64,000 nucleotides of DNA from a virus: IMG/VR virus record IMGVR_UViG_3300018080_005856, positions 86,488 through 150,487 of that record. The stretch is one strand, 5' to 3'. Under the pieces are notes generated by a model. That model did not search any database. It had not been told where the DNA came from and saw nothing but the letters and a program-made list of their open reading frames with translations. Both the position numbers and the translations under genes were made by a program. Shown here in pieces: positions 58,463 through 64,000 of the stretch; position 1 is the first letter of the stretch; each line of letters opens with the position of its first letter.

Positions 58463-59581
58463 ATGATTAGAAGCATAGAAAACGTAACACGTGGCAGCAG
58501 AGTTTCATCTGAAGATATAAGAGAGATGACAGATGGGCTATACCAGAAACACTCTGCCGGTTACCATAAAATACTACAGCTATATGGATTACTGAGAACA
58601 GCATCTCTCGGTCTTGAAATGACCAACTCAGCTATGTCATCAGTGATCAGTTCTCTGGTCACAGAAGACGCTAATGTGTTGATATATGATGCGGCTGATA
58701 CCCCTACCTATCCTTCATCCATAGGAGCTGGAGAGAAAGCTGAATGTCATCAAGAGTTTATGACTATAATAGGTAAAAGAGTAAACACGAAACTTGTTTT
58801 CACTGACGACGATAATGTCATAGACTCAGCAATCACAGTGAGGAAAGCACTGTCTACTGCTGACAATAGTATACCTACTGGGGTAGTAGAGAATGCTGTA
58901 GAGAACGCTCTCACTGGGGACGCTCCCTATATTGCCAGATACCTAATGGATTCCGCAGTAAGGACTACTCTTACGTTGGATATGAAGTCGACTGCTAAAC
59001 CCATGTATATAAATGCCCTGAGGTTTATCCCCATTCCTTCAGTTGGTATGGTAACCTTGGACAATATCACATATGGTAGTGGCTCCAGTATTATACTCAA
59101 CGGTGGGTCAGCTCTACCAGAGATAGAGGAGTTTAGTCTGGATAGATCATACCAAGGGTATATCCATTTCAGACCCATAACTACGACAGACTTTTACATA
59201 GCTCTCTCATCTGAAACATATATGTCAAACTTTGAGGCAGTGGCTATAGGACTTTCCAGATTAATAGGGGAGATAAATACATATGCTTCTACATCCTATA
59301 TAGGTTGGGAAGTAGAATACCCAACAGGATACACTAAGATAAACAGGCTTAGGATAATACCAGGAAAGTATAGCAATGGCGTCGATAATACACGGGTAAA
59401 GGTATATGACAACGTCGATGACTTTAATGCTGTCAACGATAGCTATATAGAACTATGCGGGTCAAATACGTCCCTGAATATATCTTCTACCAGTGTTCCA
59501 ACTCCATATATCCTCCTGGAGATAGATAACGACAACGGCACCACTCCATGTGTAAGCCAAGTCAAGCTTGAGTTCGAGTAG
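58463..59581 (+). CDS. Baseplate-associated structural protein (paralog family member 4)
   Basis: Helical N-terminus, AIGLSRLIGEINTYASTSYIG and C-terminal TPCVSQV. Confidence 0.5.
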   Translation: MIRSIENVTRGSRVSSEDIREMTDGLYQKHSAGYHKILQLYGLLRTASLGLEMTNSAMSSVISSLVTEDANVLIYDAADTPTYPSSIGAGEKAECHQEFMTIIGKRVNTKLVFTDDDNVIDSAITVRKALSTADNSIPTGVVENAVENALTGDAPYIARYLMDSAVRTTLTLDMKSTAKPMYINALRFIPIPSVGMVTLDNITYGSGSSIILNGGSALPEIEEFSLDRSYQGYIHFRPITTTDFYIALSSETYMSNFEAVAIGLSRLIGEINTYASTSYIGWEVEYPTGYTKINRLRIIPGKYSNGVDNTRVKVYDNVDDFNAVNDSYIELCGSNTSLNISSTSVPTPYILLEIDNDNGTTPCVSQVKLEFE

Positions 59582-59590
59582 GGGGTAAGA

Positions 59591-62500
59591 TTGAAGACTA
59601 TTGTTCCCAAGTTTGATTTCTCTGAAACCACCCCGGCTGTCGGCGATGGGCAAAACCACGAAGAAGGAGAAGTAACCTCTCTTGATTCCTCTGTATTTAA
59701 CGAATACGAGCGAGTACTTTCTCAGATAGCTATCGCTATAGGTGATTATTCAGTAACAGATACTATACCGAGTTCTGACGAAACCCTGGCTGGTTCTCTC
59801 AAGTGGGCATATGATTGGTTTACAAATGCCAAATGGCCTATAGATAATACGGTATTCAGTGGGGTCGTAGAATACTCCGGGAATACTGAGCTAGTATACC
59901 ATGTCCAACTACATTCAGATAGTGCTAGACACGATGTAGGGTTTCTAAATATAGGTTGTTCCCAGTCTAGTGAACCTGTTCTTTCTCCTTTTGTAAGATA
60001 TAGCGAAGTCGAGGGGCTGGATCCTGAAATAGCATTTTACTCCAGTGGAGAAATCGTAGTAAGAATATCCCTGAATGATGGAGAGGAAGACCAGCATACC
60101 TCGTTGAAACCACATGTACATTTGCTATATTCAGCTGATCAGGTACCACCAACAACCTTATTCAGTATAGGCCTTTCTAGTTATAGTGATCCCTATGGTA
60201 TTTCTATAGATATAGGTGAATATAACACAAATGATATGGTCCATATAGGAGCAAATGCTCATGGAATATATGGAACACAACATTGGGGTATTAACGGATT
60301 TGGTTTCCATGGACCATTAATAGGTTCCGTGACTAGAGAAGGAGAATCCAGACTAGATAGCCAATCTAACGTGCGACATCTATTTGGATTCGTGGACAGT
60401 TATGATGACTCATTGTCTGTCCCTATGTACGTGAGAATGGATGACGTTGTGGTTATAGATGATAGTATTTCTCCGTTGAGCGGTGAAGTACTTGATATAC
60501 CTTCAGATATATACGTTTCCGGTGAACTAACTGTAGGGGTGCTAAACGACAGTCAATATGTAGTATCCGATAATATTCTATATGATCAAACAATGCTGTG
60601 TAACTCCGGGATAGTAGGCAGCGGAATAATAGAGCTTCAAACCATTACGGTTGAAGAACCCTATATTTCGGGGTATCATTATACCAACTTAGGTAATACA
60701 GTTGCACTAATGGGGAATGTAGTGATCCCTTACCAGGCCATTGGGGACAATGTATACTCTCAAATATTTGCAAAGAAAGGAAAGAGATACGAACGGCTCC
60801 AATTCGGAAGCATAGTAGGAGAGGGAATAGGAAATGCAGCAGTGTATGGTAATAGTATAGCATACACTGAAGAGGGAGCTTATAATGATAATCTATTTAT
60901 ATCAGTAAGGAACGAGTCAGGCTGGGAATTAGTCCAAACACTAACCGAAGACGATCTTCTTCCTGAGGGTACCAACTACGATTTCGGTACAGCAGCTGAA
61001 TATATAATGACTGATAATTTACTGGTAACCGGGTGCTATCCTTCATACGCTTCTAATGATGTTCCAGTAATAGCTATATTTGAGAAGGACACTAGCAAGA
61101 GAAACAATCCCTATGTGTTCTTACAATCATTCGATCCGCAACCTAATGTATTATATGGGCCAACCTACTACTATGGTCTCAGAGATATGTTCTTGGTAGA
61201 TAACATGCTTGTGGTGTCTTACGCTGGAGACGCGTTTACCCCACCAGCACAAGCATGTGCTGATATTTTCTATAGGCCAGGCCCAGGAGAAAGATTCTCT
61301 CTGTTTCAGAATATTACTCAGCCAAACGGTAATGCTGAAGGTAACGATTACGCTTTCGGAGATAGTGTGGCTGGGGATAAGAATACTCTGTTTATATCAG
61401 AACCCAATTATAGTGGAGGAAGAGTTCACGTATACGAGAAGCATAAAACCTGGGAGCTAACACAGACAATAACTGCATCAGATGTAGTATATGGTGATTA
61501 CTTTGGGAGCGGTATATATTATGACGGAGATAATACTCTTATTGTATCTGCACCAAGGCAGGATGTTGGTGAGCAGGAGGAAGCTGGAGTATTATATTTC
61601 TTCAGAAAAGTAAACGGTACATGGACAGAGTGGACACATATTGATGCCCCACAATCTGGGTCCAACGGTCACTTTGGTGGAACACTAAGAGGAGACGGAT
61701 CAATAATATATTGTCGGACCTATCACTCATCAGATGACCAAGCTAATAGTAACGGAAGACTGCATATAATGGAGCTCCCATATCCTGCCAAAGACGACGT
61801 AGTTATATATAATAGAGAAAGGAGCGGCTGGGAGAAGTACCGTATAGGTATGAGGGGAACAACAGGAATGTACCTGGGTAGAGGACAGGTAGCTCTCGCT
61901 GGGGCAAGAATAGAATACAGATGTGGAGACAAACTGGCTTATATAACTGATACCGGACAATTGTCACATCTCCACAGTATAGATGGCATCTTCAATAGAG
62001 AAACCGTAGGAAAATACATTGGGGATACTAAAATGGAGGTCACAGAAATACAGAGACACCCGAGTGGGCTCCCAGATATGGGCCCAGTTAGTATAATCCA
62101 TGATGATATATCTAGTGGTGTCTTAGATATATCAGCCGATAGAAACTTGATAGCAGCCGGAATACCTACACATGATACAAGTAAAGGAGAGGTACTTATA
62201 TTTTCTGTATCAGAAGAGTATGCTTCTGGTTCTGTATGTGAAAGCACGATAACGGCAGATGATGGAAGCGCTAATGACTTCTTTGGGTATTCGGTCAGTC
62301 TATGGGGGAATCTCCTAGCGGTTGGGTCTCCTGAATACAATAGTGGTGCAGTAGATGGGGGAGCTGTCTATGTTTACTGTGAACATCCAGATTCTCCTGG
62401 AACGTGGATGGAAGAGGAAATAGTAATGCCGGGAATATCCTACGCTAACGCTAGATTTGGGTTATCATTGGCCGGTAGCTGTGACCTACTTGCTGTAGGT

Positions 62501-63226
62501 GAACCTTTTCACGATGGAACTACATCATATGGGAGTGGTATAGTACATGTATTCGAACGCCATTTCTCTAATGAAACTGGGTCTGGATTTTGGACTGATG
62601 AACAGATAATAACTGCTAGTGATGCTGAGGACGGAGCAATGTTTGGCAGAGCAGTAGATATAGATAAAGATATTCTTGTAGTAGGCGCCCCCGCGGCAAC
62701 TACCGATAGTTCGATAACCGGAAGAGCATATGTATACAGAAGAAATCTGCTAAATAGAGAATGGACCGAGGAAGCCGTACTGGATACTACCGGTGTTGTA
62801 CCCGGTGGATCAATCTACTCTTTTGGTACATCGGTGAGTGTATCAAATAATATGATAGCAGTAGGATCTTTCGCAGAGGATAGTCTGAGAGGGGCTGTAT
62901 ATGTTTACAAGTATGACGGCTCAGAGTGGGGACTATACAGCAAACTAACGTACCAATCTCTAGAAGAAAAGGACTCTATACAGCCAGGAATGGGATACGG
63001 TGTAAATCTGAAGGACGGAGTTCTCACCGTCAATGGTGGAAACAGGACAAAGATATATATAATGAAGGAGAACGGGCCAGAACTGGCAGCATCTTTGGAA
63101 GACCTGTTAGGCTGCTTTCAGCAAAGTGCCTCTATCGGATCTATGGTATATGTTTCCGGTATAACGTTTCCATTCACAGACTATGTAGGTTCATTGGATA
63201 TGATAAATATAGAGAGGCATATATAA
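59591..63226 (+). CDS. Tail fibre/receptor-binding protein with FG-GAP beta-propeller repeats
   Basis: TTG start. Repeats such as QTITASDVVYGDYFGSGI, TITADDGSANDFFGYSVSL...VGSP and IITASDAEDGAMFGRAVDI...VVGAP. Confidence 0.75.
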   Translation: MKTIVPKFDFSETTPAVGDGQNHEEGEVTSLDSSVFNEYERVLSQIAIAIGDYSVTDTIPSSDETLAGSLKWAYDWFTNAKWPIDNTVFSGVVEYSGNTELVYHVQLHSDSARHDVGFLNIGCSQSSEPVLSPFVRYSEVEGLDPEIAFYSSGEIVVRISLNDGEEDQHTSLKPHVHLLYSADQVPPTTLFSIGLSSYSDPYGISIDIGEYNTNDMVHIGANAHGIYGTQHWGINGFGFHGPLIGSVTREGESRLDSQSNVRHLFGFVDSYDDSLSVPMYVRMDDVVVIDDSISPLSGEVLDIPSDIYVSGELTVGVLNDSQYVVSDNILYDQTMLCNSGIVGSGIIELQTITVEEPYISGYHYTNLGNTVALMGNVVIPYQAIGDNVYSQIFAKKGKRYERLQFGSIVGEGIGNAAVYGNSIAYTEEGAYNDNLFISVRNESGWELVQTLTEDDLLPEGTNYDFGTAAEYIMTDNLLVTGCYPSYASNDVPVIAIFEKDTSKRNNPYVFLQSFDPQPNVLYGPTYYYGLRDMFLVDNMLVVSYAGDAFTPPAQACADIFYRPGPGERFSLFQNITQPNGNAEGNDYAFGDSVAGDKNTLFISEPNYSGGRVHVYEKHKTWELTQTITASDVVYGDYFGSGIYYDGDNTLIVSAPRQDVGEQEEAGVLYFFRKVNGTWTEWTHIDAPQSGSNGHFGGTLRGDGSIIYCRTYHSSDDQANSNGRLHIMELPYPAKDDVVIYNRERSGWEKYRIGMRGTTGMYLGRGQVALAGARIEYRCGDKLAYITDTGQLSHLHSIDGIFNRETVGKYIGDTKMEVTEIQRHPSGLPDMGPVSIIHDDISSGVLDISADRNLIAAGIPTHDTSKGEVLIFSVSEEYASGSVCESTITADDGSANDFFGYSVSLWGNLLAVGSPEYNSGAVDGGAVYVYCEHPDSPGTWMEEEIVMPGISYANARFGLSLAGSCDLLAVGEPFHDGTTSYGSGIVHVFERHFSNETGSGFWTDEQIITASDAEDGAMFGRAVDIDKDILVVGAPAATTDSSITGRAYVYRRNLLNREWTEEAVLDTTGVVPGGSIYSFGTSVSVSNNMIAVGSFAEDSLRGAVYVYKYDGSEWGLYSKLTYQSLEEKDSIQPGMGYGVNLKDGVLTVNGGNRTKIYIMKENGPELAASLEDLLGCFQQSASIGSMVYVSGITFPFTDYVGSLDMINIERHI

Positions 63227-64000
63227 ATGTCTACCGTAGGATCAAAGCTAGATTTCTCTACTACAGTTCCCTCTACTGGAAGTGGTCAAGTTCATGATAA
63301 TAGCGCTTCTCTGAAGAATCAGATAAGGCCGGAAATGTTCAACGAGTATGAACGTATTATGGCTACTGTATCTACAGTAATAGGAAATTATGAGGTTTCA
63401 GATACGATCCCTTCTTGTTCTGATAATATAGGAGCTGGGATTAGGGAAGTATATGGCCTGAAAGATACACATGTAGATAATTCAGGACATGTGATCATCC
63501 CCCCTCAGAACAATGTAGGCACGTATTGCACAGAGATAAATTGTGTTACCCTTTCAGGGGAGATTGAAAGTGCAATATCTTCGTCAGACTACCTTGTCAT
63601 GGTAGCTTCCGGTATAGTAGAAGGAGACCCTGCTTACTTTTCTCTTCTAGACCAAGATGATCATATAGTAAACTACGGTTCGTTCAACACACTGTCTGAA
63701 ACGTTTCTATATGGCCTTGGTGGTGTTTCCACGGATCCCCAAACTGGGGTATCATATGTTGGGGGATCTATACTTGTAGATGGTATTTCTAGAGTTTCAT
63801 ATTTTGAGATACAGCAAGATGGTTCATACGTCCAGCATAATGGAGACTTATCAGATGCTTCCACTACAATCATTGGTGGAGTTGCGTATGCCGGTGATTT
63901 CTATATGATAGGGTTCGAGGAGAATAGCGATCTAGACGACACAGTATCCGCTGCTGTATGGCGAAACGGAACCAGATCGTGGCTAGAAAGGACAGGAACA
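63227..64000 (+). CDS. Second tail fibre/receptor-binding protein (3'-truncated; not in ORF track)
   Basis: ATG immediately after the previous stop, and the frame stays open to the window end. The N-terminus KLDFSTTVP...FNEYER...IGNYEVSDTIPS is paralogous to the 59591 protein. Confidence 0.75.
   Translation, partial: MSTVGSKLDFSTTVPSTGSGQVHDNSASLKNQIRPEMFNEYERIMATVSTVIGNYEVSDTIPSCSDNIGAGIREVYGLKDTHVDNSGHVIIPPQNNVGTYCTEINCVTLSGEIESAISSSDYLVMVASGIVEGDPAYFSLLDQDDHIVNYGSFNTLSETFLYGLGGVSTDPQTGVSYVGGSILVDGISRVSYFEIQQDGSYVQHNGDLSDASTTIIGGVAYAGDFYMIGFEENSDLDDTVSAAVWRNGTRSWLERTGT

Larger units (their letters stand above)
1..64000. mobile_element. Large myovirus-like bacteriophage genome segment (tail/baseplate morphogenesis module)
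   Basis: Gene order runs tube, chaperones, tape-measure-like, hub/M23, spike, wedge/J, fibres. Genes are densely coupled and there is no cellular housekeeping context. Confidence 0.9.

Noticed and set aside
7356-63873. Numerous 60-200-aa minus-strand ORFs opposite the large plus-strand genes (and plus-strand ORFs opposite the 466-6997 genes)
   Set aside because: They are antisense shadows of long coding frames, with no recognisable motifs.
1-64000. Alternative genetic code (stop-codon reassignment)
   Set aside because: TAA, TAG and TGA all terminate tightly coupled genes, and long ORFs are intact under code 11.
1-64000. CRISPR array, tRNA genes, integrase/transposase, diversity-generating retroelement
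   Set aside because: I saw no repeat-spacer array, tRNA cloverleaf, recombinase or reverse transcriptase motifs. The RNase H is stand-alone.
1-64000. Archaeal virus, suggested by heavy ATA/AGA codon use and acidic proteins
   Set aside because: Bacterial RecA, an M23 peptidoglycan peptidase and a sigma70-type promoter point to a bacterial host.

Overview
This window is a gene-dense segment of a large contractile-tailed (myovirus-like, probably jumbo) bacteriophage using the standard genetic code. Most of it is a plus-strand tail morphogenesis operon. In order it carries tail-tube-family genes, a giant Zn-finger protein, two tail-chaperone-like genes and two adjacent ~2,100-aa cysteine-free proteins at the tape-measure position. 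These are followed by an SNase-domain protein, an M23-peptidase/baseplate-hub giant, baseplate spike/wedge/J-like genes, paralogous baseplate proteins and tail-fibre/receptor-binding proteins. A ~6.7 kb minus-strand block interrupts the tube genes. It holds a sigma70-type promoter, recA, small ORFs, RNase HI, a hairpin-dense non-coding stretch, two beta-propeller lipoproteins and a 40-aa membrane peptide. The main finding is that the 2121-aa protein (23880-30245) shows, in the correct order, motifs resembling both beta and beta' double-psi-barrel RNA polymerase subunits, with a non-canonical catalytic loop GDQDMD. It is a candidate single-chain virion-injected RNA polymerase, paired with a cysteine-free, glycine-zipper tape-measure/ejection partner. 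All assignments come from reading motifs by eye; no database searches were run.
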